DNA of 64,000 nucleotides from Candidatus Hydrogenedentota bacterium (GCA_034669905.1 JAXMOL010000005.1:11709-75708), one strand, 5' to 3'; positions 18,092 to 28,329 are shown, counted from the stretch's first letter. Notes: generated by a model from the sequence alone, not told the origin. Numbers and translations: made by a program.

Positions 18092-20847
18092 TTTTTGTAT
18101 TTCTTACCGCTGCCACACGGACACTTTTCATTGGGTCCGACTTTGGTCTCAGCGCGGATGGGTTTGGGCTTGGCCTTGGCCCGTGCCTTGGTTTTTACCG
18201 TAGACTCCGAACCCGATACGGGCTCTGCGTCGTCCGGTCCTGCCAAATCGAAGCGGGTGGTGTCGAAGCTCGCGAAACTGCTATCCGCTTCCTTATCGGC
18301 CGCCACATAGCTGTACTGATTCAGCTGGGCGAAGGGATCCTCCTGCTGGGTCAGGGTCCCCCGTTGAATACTCGCAGCACGCTTTTTCCGTACTTCCGGG
18401 TCGGTGAGACGGAAGAGCGTGGTGATAACACTTTCTTCGATGGCCTTCACCATGTTCTGGAACATTTCGAAGCCTTCCTGCTTGTATTCCAGCAGGGGGT
18501 CCTTTTGACCGAAGGCCCGCAGGCGGACCGATTCGCGGAGATAATCCATCTCATAGAGGTGGTCGATCCACTTGTCATCCACAGCGCGCAATAGGGCCAT
18601 GAGCTCCAGGTCGTGTACCCGTTTACGGGCAATACCGGCAAAGTCGATGGCCGACTCGTCGCCACCGATTTCCTGGCGGAAACTCTCGCGGATCTCCTCG
18701 GCCATGGCATCTTCCCGACGCTGATAGTCGGCAAGCACCTGATCGTAAAGCTGGGCCACCAGATCACCGCCCTCTTCCACCTCGAGGGTTACGGGGAAAT
18801 GAAACAGCACTTCCATGCGCTTTTCAAGCCCTTCGAGATCCCACTCGGCGGCAGGCACGGCCTCCGGGGCATATTCGTCCACGATATCGGCGATCGTGTT
18901 CTCAAACATCTCCCGGAGCTGCTCGGTCACGTCATTGTCTTCGAGCACGTTCCGGCGCATGGCATAGATATACTTACGCTGTTTATCCATGACCTGATCA
19001 TAATCCAGCACGTGTTTCCGGCTCTCGAAGTGGAATTCTTCGACCTGGCGCTGGGAACGTTCGATGGTGCGGGTCACCATACGCTGGCTGAGGGGCTCTT
19101 CGTCCATTTCCTCGCCGCCCATAAAGTCGACGAGTTTCTTGACGCGATCGCCCCCGAAGAGACGTGCCACGTCATCTTCCAGGCTGACGTAAAAGCGGGT
19201 CGTTCCTGGATCGCCCTGACGGCCGCAACGACCACGAAGCTGGTTATCGATACGACGGGATTCATGGCGCTCGGTACCGATAATGAAGAGGCCGCCGTTT
19301 TCCCGAATACCTTCTGCGAGTTTGATGTCGGTACCACGCCCCGCCATGTTGGTCGCGATAGTAACCGCGCCCGCCTTACCGGCATTGGAGATGATGGCCG
19401 CTTCCCGTTCATGGTGCTTGGCGTTGAGGACTTGGTAATTCTCCACGCCCTCTTCTTCCAGCATACTCGCCAGTAGCTCCGACTTCTCAATCGAAACCGT
19501 ACCCACCAGGGTCGGGCGATTCTGCGCCTGGATTTTCTTAATATCGTTAATAACGTAGCGGAACTTGCCTTTCTCCGTGGCGAAAATCAGGTCCGTTTCG
19601 TCCACACGGGCGGCAGGCAGGTTGGTGGGAATCTGGGTCACGTCGAGACCGTATACCTTATCAAATTCCGCGGCCTCTGTAACGGCCGTACCGGTCATCC
19701 CCGCCAGCTTGTCATAGAGACGGAAATAATTCTGATAGGTGATACTGGCCACCGTCTGAGACTCGAAGCGGAGGGGCACACGCTCTTTCGCTTCCAGGGC
19801 CTGGTGCAGGCCGTCGGAGTAACGGCGGCCTTCCATGGTACGCCCAGTGAACTCATCCACGATGAGCACTTCGTTATCTTTCACCATGTAGTCTTTGTCG
19901 CGCTTGAAGAAGTTGTAGGCCTTGAGCGATTGCTCGATCATGTGGGCCCAGCCAAGCGTTTCGTCGGTGTAGAGATCGTCGATACCCAGCAGACGCTCCA
20001 CCACTTCCATCCCCTCGTCGGTGAGGATAATGTGGCGCTGCTTCTCGTCCATCTCGAAGTGCTCGTCTTTACGGAGCTTCCGCACGGCCTCATCCACTTT
20101 CAGGTAGAGATCGCTGCTCTTCTCCGGACGTCCGGAAATGATAAGGGGGGTACGGGCTTCGTCAATCAGGATAGAGTCAACCTCGTCGACAATGGCGAAG
20201 TTCAGCTCCCGCTGCACCCGGTGATCCGGGTGCTTGGCCATGTTGTCGCGCAGATAGTCGAAACCGAATTCGTTGTTGGTACCGTAGGTAATATCGGCCC
20301 GATACCCGACCTTACGTTCGAGGTGGTCCATGTCGGACTGAATCAGCCCCACGGTAAGGCCCAGGAACTCATAGATGGGGCGCATCCACTCGGCGTCACG
20401 CTGGGCGAGATAATCGTTCACGGTCACGACGTGCACCCCGCGGCCGGTGAGGGCGTTGAGATACACGGGCAGGATCCCGACGAGGGTCTTACCTTCACCC
20501 GTAGTCATTTCGGCGATATTGCCCCGGTGCAGGGTCGTGCCACCGATAATCTGCACATCAAAGGGGCGCATGCCTGCGATACGCTTGGCCGCTTCCCGGG
20601 CCACGGCGAAGGCTTCGGGCAGCAGGTCATCCAGTGTCTCCCCATCGGCGAGGCGCTGTTTGAAGAGGCCGGTCTGCTGACGCAGCTCATCATCGGTCAT
20701 CCGGGTCATGCGCGCTTCTTCTGCGCAAACAGCAGATACCACAGGCAGAAAACGCTTTACTTCACGGTCTTTCTCAGTCCCGAAAAGGGCTGTCAGTACT
20801 TTTTGAAACACTACGCTATGTTCTCCACCCGTAATGGGCCTTGTCAT
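18067..20847 (-). CDS. secA: Preprotein translocase ATPase SecA.
   Basis: 'FQKVLTALFGTEKDREVKRFL' N-terminus, 'FDVQIIGGTTLHRGNIAEMTTGEGKTL', 'VHVVTVNDYLAQRDAEWM', 'IDEARTPLIISG', and C-terminal zinc motif 'CPCGSGKKYKKCCG'. Start uncertain: ATG 20847, or GTG 20811 giving the canonical 'MFQKVL...' N-terminus, or GTG 20862. Confidence 0.9.
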   Translation of the reverse strand: MTRPITGGEHSVVFQKVLTALFGTEKDREVKRFLPVVSAVCAEEARMTRMTDDELRQQTGLFKQRLADGETLDDLLPEAFAVAREAAKRIAGMRPFDVQIIGGTTLHRGNIAEMTTGEGKTLVGILPVYLNALTGRGVHVVTVNDYLAQRDAEWMRPIYEFLGLTVGLIQSDMDHLERKVGYRADITYGTNNEFGFDYLRDNMAKHPDHRVQRELNFAIVDEVDSILIDEARTPLIISGRPEKSSDLYLKVDEAVRKLRKDEHFEMDEKQRHIILTDEGMEVVERLLGIDDLYTDETLGWAHMIEQSLKAYNFFKRDKDYMVKDNEVLIVDEFTGRTMEGRRYSDGLHQALEAKERVPLRFESQTVASITYQNYFRLYDKLAGMTGTAVTEAAEFDKVYGLDVTQIPTNLPAARVDETDLIFATEKGKFRYVINDIKKIQAQNRPTLVGTVSIEKSELLASMLEEEGVENYQVLNAKHHEREAAIISNAGKAGAVTIATNMAGRGTDIKLAEGIRENGGLFIIGTERHESRRIDNQLRGRCGRQGDPGTTRFYVSLEDDVARLFGGDRVKKLVDFMGGEEMDEEPLSQRMVTRTIERSQRQVEEFHFESRKHVLDYDQVMDKQRKYIYAMRRNVLEDNDVTEQLREMFENTIADIVDEYAPEAVPAAEWDLEGLEKRMEVLFHFPVTLEVEEGGDLVAQLYDQVLADYQRREDAMAEEIRESFRQEIGGDESAIDFAGIARKRVHDLELMALLRAVDDKWIDHLYEMDYLRESVRLRAFGQKDPLLEYKQEGFEMFQNMVKAIEESVITTLFRLTDPEVRKKRAASIQRGTLTQQEDPFAQLNQYSYVAADKEADSSFASFDTTRFDLAGPDDAEPVSGSESTVKTKARAKAKPKPIRAETKVGPNEKCPCGSGKKYKKCCGRNAV

Positions 20848-21062
20848 GTATTCCAACCACACCGGGATGTGGTGTCGGTTTTGTACTATCTGATACTATC
20901 GCATGATACCAAAGGGGGAAGAAGTATTTCTATGAACACCCGGGCAAGAGAATCGAGAAGTAGTCTATTATGAAGGACTTCCATCAAATAAGCGGGGAAA
21001 ATCATCCCTGGAACTCAGTTGTTGCTTTGCCGTCCCTGGCGGCCACCACGGGAGGGTGCTAG

Positions 21063-23222
21063 GTGTTTTTTCCCCTCTATCTCGCTGCGCTGGGCATTTC
21101 TGCCGGTATCATCGGTATTTTCGGGCGACGCCTCCTGGTCCTGTCTGGCTACGTGCCGGATTTCGACGCGGGCCTTTCGGCAACCCTGATGATTGCCTGC
21201 GGCTACCTCCTGGTTCAAACGACCTACGGTGCCCTGATTCAACTCATCAAGCCCCACAAAGGCGTGGGACCCCATCTGACCGAAATCCTGTCCTTGTTGT
21301 CGGCGGCCGTCCTCCTCCCCTACCTGTTGAACGTCCCTATCCCCTGGCCGCACCCCAAGCTGGCGGACATGGAGCCCCTGATCTTTCTGGCGGTATTCGG
21401 GGGGCTGCACGTATTTTTCAAGCTGGCCACCTTATTTGCCGCGACCCAGGCCCCGCCGGCGACCCAGGTACGCATTGTCCCCTACGTTTTGGTGGGGGTT
21501 GTGGCGCTGCTGGGCACTCAACAGAGCTTCCAAACGTGGTATACATCTCTCACCGGCGTGCGGAGTGCCTCCCTGCGCAAGCAGGAACCCGCGCGGGTTG
21601 GAGATACCTATGCCTGGGCCCGCCCCATCACCGAGGGGCTTCAATACACCCTGGACTCCGGCACCGGGAAGGGCGAGCACCTGACCCTTCGCTGGGCCAA
21701 TCCCGATGAAGAATCGCAGCGAATCGAAACGATCCACGTAACGTGCACCTTTCTGGATGCAGCGGGTGAGACCTTGCCCGGGGTTTGGAAAAACGATGTA
21801 ACCCTTCAGGCGCACAACTGGACCTCCCAACGCATTCCGGAGGATATGATACCCGCAGGCGCTTCCCAAGTCGCCCTTTCCTGGAGCCTGGAAGAAGAAT
21901 CCGAGTGGGTGCGTCAGACCGGATTGCGCCCGACCCGTTCATCGGCAACCACCCTCCTCCTTTCCGGTCCCTACGTGCACAGTGCACCGGAAGCCTTTGA
22001 GCGCCCCAATCTGGTCGTCGTATTGGTGGAAGGGCTGGGCGCCGACCACATGGAACTCTTTGGCTACCATCGCCAGACCTCCCCCGCGCTCACGACGCTG
22101 GCCAAACGCAGTTCCGTCTGGGAAAACACCTTTACCGCGTGCCCGGATGCCTTCAGCACCGCCGTCACCCTGATGACCGGTGTGTCGCCGCTGGTACACG
22201 GCGTGACCGATACCCAGCGGCCGGCCATACCCGAGAACCTCGCGACCTTACCCGAGCGCATGCGGGAAGCGGGCTACGTCACGGTGGCCTTCACCGAAGG
22301 CGAGGGGGCCGACGGGGAAGATCTGGTCTTTGGCAGTGGCTTCGAGCGGGGATTTGAACTCTTCAACCCGGCCTATCCCGAAACGGCCGGGGCGGCGAAA
22401 GAAAACGGCCCGGCGCCCCTGGTTCCTCAGGGTTCCCGGATAACCCTTCAACGGGCCGCCGATTGGATAGCCAGCCACCGGGAAGAGGAGCGCTATCTGG
22501 TTTTCATTCGTCTCCGGGAACTGCGCAAGCCGTTTGAACTCAAGCGCTATGGTCCGGGTTTTATCAAGCCCTGGGAAAACATCCCTCAGCCCATTGATGT
22601 CTATGACACCGCCGTGCTCGATGTGGATAAGCAATTGGGCCTCTTCGCCGAGCGCCTGCGCCAGATGGGCAGTTTCGACGACACCTGCCTGGTATTTACC
22701 TCGCCCTATGGTCTCGATTTCTCCGAGCCGGACCGTGGGGTCTGGCGGCGGGGCGGCCCCGGCGTTGCCCGCCTGACGGAGGAATCTATCCGGGTCCCCC
22801 TTATCATTTCGCTGCCCGAGGGAATCGGGCGCACACGCCGTCCCCTCGTTTCCCTGAACGCCGTGGGTCGGACCCTGGGCGATTTTGCGGGCGTGAGCCT
22901 CTCTCATAGTGCCGATGTACGCAGCCTCCTGGATCATAGCGCGGGAGAAGAACCGATTACCGTCATGGGTGACCCCATCGCCTTGTCGCTTCGCACGGAG
23001 GAGTGGCGCTACAATTGGCAGTCGGGTCTCCGTGCCGGTGATTTCGCCGACACCGGGTCTGCCACGACCCTGGGACTGTACAATATCGCTGACTACCAGG
23101 AAACGTTTCAGAACAAGAACTTTGCCTCCCGCGAGCCCGGCATAGCGACTCGGTACCGCGAGCAGCTTGCCGCCTATTTAGCGGAATTTGTACAGGCCGT
23201 CGCCGCTAATACGTCACCCTGA
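21063..23222 (+). CDS. Membrane-anchored sulfatase-like (alkaline-phosphatase superfamily) protein. Five N-terminal TM helices plus a periplasmic sulfatase-type domain.
   Basis: GGAGGG RBS 7 nt before GTG 21063. TM helices 'FFPLYLAALGISAGIIGIFG', 'LMIACGYLLVQTTYGAL', 'ILSLLSAAVLLPYLL', 'LIFLAVFGGLHVFFKLATLFAA' and 'IVPYVLVGVVALLGT'. Catalytic-region-like 'LVVVLVEGLGADHMELFGY...FTACPDAFSTAVTLMTGVSP' is a CxPxx..TG sulfatase-type signature with F in place of the usual R. Confidence 0.6.
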   Translation: MFFPLYLAALGISAGIIGIFGRRLLVLSGYVPDFDAGLSATLMIACGYLLVQTTYGALIQLIKPHKGVGPHLTEILSLLSAAVLLPYLLNVPIPWPHPKLADMEPLIFLAVFGGLHVFFKLATLFAATQAPPATQVRIVPYVLVGVVALLGTQQSFQTWYTSLTGVRSASLRKQEPARVGDTYAWARPITEGLQYTLDSGTGKGEHLTLRWANPDEESQRIETIHVTCTFLDAAGETLPGVWKNDVTLQAHNWTSQRIPEDMIPAGASQVALSWSLEEESEWVRQTGLRPTRSSATTLLLSGPYVHSAPEAFERPNLVVVLVEGLGADHMELFGYHRQTSPALTTLAKRSSVWENTFTACPDAFSTAVTLMTGVSPLVHGVTDTQRPAIPENLATLPERMREAGYVTVAFTEGEGADGEDLVFGSGFERGFELFNPAYPETAGAAKENGPAPLVPQGSRITLQRAADWIASHREEERYLVFIRLRELRKPFELKRYGPGFIKPWENIPQPIDVYDTAVLDVDKQLGLFAERLRQMGSFDDTCLVFTSPYGLDFSEPDRGVWRRGGPGVARLTEESIRVPLIISLPEGIGRTRRPLVSLNAVGRTLGDFAGVSLSHSADVRSLLDHSAGEEPITVMGDPIALSLRTEEWRYNWQSGLRAGDFADTGSATTLGLYNIADYQETFQNKNFASREPGIATRYREQLAAYLAEFVQAVAANTSP

Positions 23223-23253
23223 CTTCATTCGACCGTCAAAAGGATTCGATTAC

Positions 23254-24111
23254 GTGATCACGCTTCGCTTCAAACCAAGTTTCCTGCTCCTCTCCAGCCT
23301 CTTCCTGATGGGGCTCTTGCTCCCTTTTCCCCACACTCGGGCAACGGCAGAATCCTGCACCTTCGTCCAGCTCTGCGACACCCAGTTGGGTATGGGAGGC
23401 TACGAGGAAGACAAGGCCCGATTCCGCGCAGCGGTCAAGGCAATCAACGCCATGGACGTTAATTGGGTCGTCATTTGTGGCGATCTGGTTGATAACGGCG
23501 GCGACGAAAAGGCCATTGCCGACTTTCGTGCGATCGTGGAAACCTTCACGGTGCCCTGTTATCTGGCGCCCGGCAACCACGACGTGGGGGGGGTACCGAC
23601 AGAAGCCACCCTGGCACGCTATCGCAAGGCCCACGGCCCCGATTACTTTTCCGTGGAGAACTCCGGATTCAAGATTATGATCTTGAACACCCAGTTCTGG
23701 AAGGGCCCCATGGCTGGCGAGACCGAAAAACATGATGCCTGGTATCTCAAGGAATTGGCCCAGGCCAAGCAGTCCGAAACGCCGGTCTTGCTGGTAAGTC
23801 ACTACCCGCCCTTTCTCGAAAAAGCCGATGAAGAGGAGATCTACTACAATCTTCCCCTCGAAGCCCGGGCACGGGTTTTGAAGGCGGCCCAGGAAAATGG
23901 GGTCCGCGCGTGGCTCGCCGGCCATGCCCACAAGAATGTGTTGACAGAATACGAGGGCTTCCCCATTGTCGTGTCCGCCACCACAAGCAAGAACTTCGAC
24001 GGCGCGCCCTATGGCTTCCGGGTCTGGAACGTGGACGAAAACGGTGCGCTGAGCCACACCTATGAGGCCCTTGAGCTCCCCGAGGAATTGCAGAAACCCA
24101 GGAAGAAGTAA
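23254..24111 (+). CDS. Secreted calcineurin-like metallophosphoesterase.
   Basis: Signal peptide after GTG 23254: 'ITLRFKPSFLLLSSLFLMGLLLPFPHTRATA'. Motifs 'CDTQLG', 'VICGDLVDNG', 'APGNHD', 'VSHYPP' and 'AGHAHKN'. The longer ORF from ATG 23188 overlaps the upstream gene by 35 nt. Confidence 0.75.
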   Translation: MITLRFKPSFLLLSSLFLMGLLLPFPHTRATAESCTFVQLCDTQLGMGGYEEDKARFRAAVKAINAMDVNWVVICGDLVDNGGDEKAIADFRAIVETFTVPCYLAPGNHDVGGVPTEATLARYRKAHGPDYFSVENSGFKIMILNTQFWKGPMAGETEKHDAWYLKELAQAKQSETPVLLVSHYPPFLEKADEEEIYYNLPLEARARVLKAAQENGVRAWLAGHAHKNVLTEYEGFPIVVSATTSKNFDGAPYGFRVWNVDENGALSHTYEALELPEELQKPRKK

Positions 24112-24147
24112 GCAACCGTACGGCAGGTATTCAGGAAGGAAGACACC

Positions 24148-26913
24148 ATGGGTCTCTTAACGTTCGGCGTTCTCGTGGCAGCAGGTCTGCTGACCACACC
24201 CGGTGCCGTTCAGTATGTAGACCTGGAAGACGGGTGGACCCTGGAAAACACGGGAGCCTGGCAAAGCCGGGTGGACCACCGAAACCTCCTGGCCATGCAC
24301 CACCCCTGGGCTCCCAGTGAAGCCAATCGCTTTTCGATGGCCCAGAAGAGTGTCACCATCCCACCCGACTGGGGTGACACGGTCACCCTCCACTTTTACA
24401 GCAGTGACGACTACCACGGGGTCCCAATGAAAGACACGCCCGCGGTGGGCTTCGTGGGGCACCGGAGAAAGCAGGTCCTGGTCAACAGCAACCCCGTTTG
24501 GACCCACGACGTGGCGGACGCAGTCCTTCCTGGCCTGTCGCCCACCTACCAGGTTCGTTTGGAGGTTCCCAAAGACGATCGGACCCTTCGTATCGCCCTG
24601 CTCGCCTATGATGCCGTTGCGTCCACCGAACAGACACGAGACGACTTTTATACCCCCCGAAATCGCGGCCTGGTTCGGGAGGACGACCCCGATGCCCATC
24701 GATTTCGGACCACGGTCTACTGGGGAGACCTGACCCTGCTCTCCGGAGACTCGGCGGCAGGTACCCCGCCCCGCCCCGCCGAGCGGCTCGTCTTGAAACG
24801 TCACAATCGCTATTGGCCTCCCACCCCGCCCGAAACGGATACGTGGGGCAAATCACGGACGAAATTCAAGGTGTCGGCCCCAGGTGGTATCCCAAAAGAC
24901 GGCTTCCCCCTGGAAATGGGAATTCCCATTCCGCCCGGTGCCGCGCCCTCGCCGGAAGCCCTTCGATTCACGCGGGCCAACGGTGGGGCCCAGTACGCAC
25001 AAAAGCAGGTCGCCGCCTCCTGGCCCGACGCCTCGTTGCGGTGGATTCTGGCCCAAATGCCCGTAACTCCGACGACAGGCGACCTGACGCTGGCCTTTTC
25101 GAAAGACACGGCGAAGGCACCCGGCGAAATCAAGGTGGTCGAGAGCGACGGAGGGATTGAGGTCTCCAGTGGAAAAGTGTCGTTAAAACAAGGGCCCGGG
25201 GATCCCTTAAACGCCATCGCCTATCGTGGGAAAGCCGCCTTCACCGGGCTGCAATTGGCAGTGGAGGTTGGGGGAAAAATCATCCCCGGCACGAATGACA
25301 ACGGGCAGGTCATTGACGAAGGTCCCTTTCACACCCGGCTGGTCATGGAAGGGCGATTCGAAGGACTGGACACCTCCTATGGCACCTATGCCCTCTATTG
25401 CTCCCTCTATAGGAATCTTCCCTATATTAAATTCTGGCTCCGCTACTTTAACGATACCACCCGGCCCCAGTCCCTCTCCCAACTGAATTTCACCCTGACC
25501 CTCCCGGCCCCGCTGGAGGACATCACCCTCCCCCACGGTACCGTGACGCCCCCCGTGGACCTGACCCAACAACAGGTCGAAGTCTATCGGGTCAACGGGG
25601 AGTCCCAGGTACTGGATGCGCCCTTCTATCTACAGTGGGCGCAAGGGGCGCTGGTGGTCAAGGACTTTGCCCAACTGCATCCGAAGGGCATCCAGGTGGA
25701 CGAGGAACGCCTGACCCTTTCGCTGGTTGCCGGTGGTCCGTCGCCGGTAACTTTCGCACCGGGCGAAGCCAAGAGTCATGAGATCTGGTTGGCCCTCGGT
25801 CCCACCGATGGCGCACAGCTGGCGGCCACCGTGGCCCAACCGCCGCTGTTGGTGAATGCGGACTACTTCACGCGCACCGGTGTCTTCGGGCCCGCAGCGC
25901 CCCTTCGCGCAGAAAGCCCCTGGACCGCTTTCGCGGCAAAGACCTATGGCGACCAATCGCTTGCCCAACTCGGCATGCGCACGGGGGTCCGCCACTACCC
26001 GGACGAGCCCTATCTCGGCCGCGCGGATTCCTGGTCGAACAATTACAACGGGCGCCTGAGCAGCCTTTGGAGCGCCTGGCTGGCTACGGGAGACCGTGCC
26101 TGGTTTGACCGGGCCGTGGCCTTCTCCAGCCATCTCATGGATGTGGCCATCGTGCATTCGGACGTCCCGGGTGAAGATTGGCTGGGCGCCCTCCATGGCC
26201 CGGGACCCAATCATGTCGCTGGCCCGTGGAATCCCCTGCTGCGGGGCGAAGGCTTTGCCCACTTTGCCCGGTGGACAGGCAATCCGGAAGCGGAGTCGGC
26301 CTTCCTGGGAATCGCCGACTTCTGTGTGCGCACCCATGCGGGACGCCGCGGCCCCAACGTGCGCCATTGGGCGGGTCCGTTTTCGAGTATCGTCGCGGCC
26401 TATCGGGAGACGGGTGAGATTGGCCTGCTGGAAGCGGGCACGGAACGCCTCACCGGAATGTTTCAGCAGGTAGATCGTCGCCGGGGCACCTGGATAGACT
26501 GGCATGGCGACGGAACCTATCCGGGCAATGTTCCGTGGATGGCCGCCCAACTGGCCCAGCCCCTCTATACGTGGTATCAGGAAACGGGCGACGTGGAAGC
26601 GGCCCAACTTCTGGTGGGGTTGGCAGAGTCGCTGATCTGTGAAAATACGCCGTGGGATAGGCCGGGTGCCATGCGCACCTACTCTCCCGTACCGTGGTAT
26701 CCTGAGACGACCGCCTATGACCCCTTCATCATTCCCCTGATTGGGGCCGCGTACGAACTGACAGAAGACCCCTTCTTCAAAGAGGCGGCGCTGGCGCAGT
26801 GGAAGCGTTGGCGCGCCCAGCCCGAGTTCCAGCCGGTGTTTAATCTATCGTGGCACCTGCCCTGGCTCAATGCGGTGCTGGCAGCGTTGGAAGCAGAAAC
26901 ACCCCCAACGTAA
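24148..26913 (+). CDS. Large secreted protein (921 aa), possibly a carbohydrate-active enzyme with an alpha/alpha-toroid-like C-terminal half (hypothetical).
   Basis: RBS GGAAGGAAG before ATG. Signal peptide 'MGLLTFGVLVAAGLLTTPGAV'. W/Y-rich helical C-terminal region ('WSNNYNGRLSSLWSAWLATGDRAW...YTWYQETGD'). No family confirmed. Confidence 0.45.
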   Translation: MGLLTFGVLVAAGLLTTPGAVQYVDLEDGWTLENTGAWQSRVDHRNLLAMHHPWAPSEANRFSMAQKSVTIPPDWGDTVTLHFYSSDDYHGVPMKDTPAVGFVGHRRKQVLVNSNPVWTHDVADAVLPGLSPTYQVRLEVPKDDRTLRIALLAYDAVASTEQTRDDFYTPRNRGLVREDDPDAHRFRTTVYWGDLTLLSGDSAAGTPPRPAERLVLKRHNRYWPPTPPETDTWGKSRTKFKVSAPGGIPKDGFPLEMGIPIPPGAAPSPEALRFTRANGGAQYAQKQVAASWPDASLRWILAQMPVTPTTGDLTLAFSKDTAKAPGEIKVVESDGGIEVSSGKVSLKQGPGDPLNAIAYRGKAAFTGLQLAVEVGGKIIPGTNDNGQVIDEGPFHTRLVMEGRFEGLDTSYGTYALYCSLYRNLPYIKFWLRYFNDTTRPQSLSQLNFTLTLPAPLEDITLPHGTVTPPVDLTQQQVEVYRVNGESQVLDAPFYLQWAQGALVVKDFAQLHPKGIQVDEERLTLSLVAGGPSPVTFAPGEAKSHEIWLALGPTDGAQLAATVAQPPLLVNADYFTRTGVFGPAAPLRAESPWTAFAAKTYGDQSLAQLGMRTGVRHYPDEPYLGRADSWSNNYNGRLSSLWSAWLATGDRAWFDRAVAFSSHLMDVAIVHSDVPGEDWLGALHGPGPNHVAGPWNPLLRGEGFAHFARWTGNPEAESAFLGIADFCVRTHAGRRGPNVRHWAGPFSSIVAAYRETGEIGLLEAGTERLTGMFQQVDRRRGTWIDWHGDGTYPGNVPWMAAQLAQPLYTWYQETGDVEAAQLLVGLAESLICENTPWDRPGAMRTYSPVPWYPETTAYDPFIIPLIGAAYELTEDPFFKEAALAQWKRWRAQPEFQPVFNLSWHLPWLNAVLAALEAETPPT

Positions 26914-27441
26914 ACGGTTCATGGGCGCATTGTGGGAAACCCCACTTTAGAAAGACAAATCAGGGCAAGAACGTACCGTGCGCCCCCAAAATGGCGCGTA
27001 TCAACCAGTCTGCTACCCTCGTGCCTCGGGGTCGCGCGACACGTCCGACATCAATCCGCTTGCGCAGTATAGTGGTATTGCTTGGTGGTTGCAGGCATTT
27101 TTCAACGAGTATGGGCCGGACTTTCAGCCCTTATTGTGAATAACCTCGGTTTCCTGAGGCTTCGCCCCAGGCTGCTATGTATCGCACCTTTGGCGCTTTA
27201 GAGGTGGGCTTGGTAGCATCGCGGAAAACGTTTGTGGGGCCAACGGCCCGGTACTATATCTACATGGGGAAACGGCCCAATTTTTCGAGCCCACAAAAAC
27301 GTTACGGGCTGAACGTCCGTGCCGACGCCTTCGCGAACATACCGAAAGGAGGGGGCGATACAAATTCCCGATCGGCAATGTCCATCTACCTGAAGCGCTC
27401 CAATCGATCTCGCCTCATTGCTTGCCCATACCCCGAACAAA

Positions 27442-28329
27442 TCAGCGGGTAGTTTTGTCTGTACTCCACAGCCCGGGTAGCGCGGCACTGACGAGTAATA
27501 CGCCAATCAGTATCCAACCGAGATTCCCCGTCAAGGGCGGTGACTGCTGTTGGAACAGGTGCTCCCAGATTCCGCAGGCCTGACCTGCGATGCCGCCCAG
27601 GGCCAGGGCGCAGAGCCCCAGATGCTCGGTGCGGCGCTTTATGGTGCCCAGCACCAGGCTCAAGACCATGCACAGGGCAAGCGCCCGCAACTGTGTTTCC
27701 CATAGCCCCGTAAAGTCCCCCACTTCCCGGTGCCATCCATAGAGGAGCGGGAAAAACCACAGTCCCCAACACAGGCCGACCACCAGGTTGGCGGGTAGGG
27801 CCCCCAGGGGCAAGAGTCGGGGCAGCAAGTAGCCCCGCCATCCGAATTCAGAACCCAGGGCAATCAAGGCGAAGAGCGTTGCGCCCAGTCCAATGCTGAC
27901 CAGCGGATAGGTCACGAAGATAATCCCTGGTGCCAGGGCGCGCACGTTGGGTGCGAGGGGTTCCGCTGAGACCGCCTCAACTTCGTTCAGGAGCCCTGCC
28001 AGGTTCCATTGGGGATAGGTCAGCCCCAGCAGCGTTGCCAACCCATAACTGAGTGCAAATACCCCCAGGGGCATCAGCAAGACCCGCAGTGCGGCCCCTT
28101 TCGAGATGGGCCAGAACTGCGCCAGAGGTGATGGGGCTGCAGACGGCACCATGAAGCCCGCCGCCAGGGCGGACAGGGCCGGTATCCCCATGAGTAACAC
28201 CTGTGCCAGATATTGAAAGGCATTGGGCGATTGGAAGGCGAGGGCGCCTTCGGCGAGCAAGACAAAGGTCAACCCGAAAACGAGCAAAAAACTCATGCCC
28301 AGATAGAGGGCGATACCTTTAAAATCCAT
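27442..28329 (-). CDS. Polytopic membrane protein, candidate CPBP-family (CAAX/Abi-like) intramembrane metalloprotease.
   Basis: Eight hydrophobic helices. 'LGSEFGWRGYLLP' resembles CPBP motif 1 (EExxFRG). Later 'LYGWH' and 'WEHLFQ' are possible motif 2 and 3 His positions. Start lies 21 nt after the giant-gene stop, suggesting co-transcription. Confidence 0.4.
   Translation of the reverse strand: MDFKGIALYLGMSFLLVFGLTFVLLAEGALAFQSPNAFQYLAQVLLMGIPALSALAAGFMVPSAAPSPLAQFWPISKGAALRVLLMPLGVFALSYGLATLLGLTYPQWNLAGLLNEVEAVSAEPLAPNVRALAPGIIFVTYPLVSIGLGATLFALIALGSEFGWRGYLLPRLLPLGALPANLVVGLCWGLWFFPLLYGWHREVGDFTGLWETQLRALALCMVLSLVLGTIKRRTEHLGLCALALGGIAGQACGIWEHLFQQQSPPLTGNLGWILIGVLLVSAALPGLWSTDKTTR

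Noticed and set aside
19804-20973. 389-aa plus-strand ORF.
   Set aside because: Antisense to secA.
27116-27125. 10-mer 'ccggactttc', the reverse complement of the RNase P RNA conserved 'GAAAGUCCGG'.
   Set aside because: Flanking sequence does not continue the RNase P CR-I consensus ('GGGCUCCAUAGGGCA'). P1-P3 cannot be placed. The expected chance occurrence of a 10-mer on either strand in 64 kb is about 0.1. Judged coincidental.
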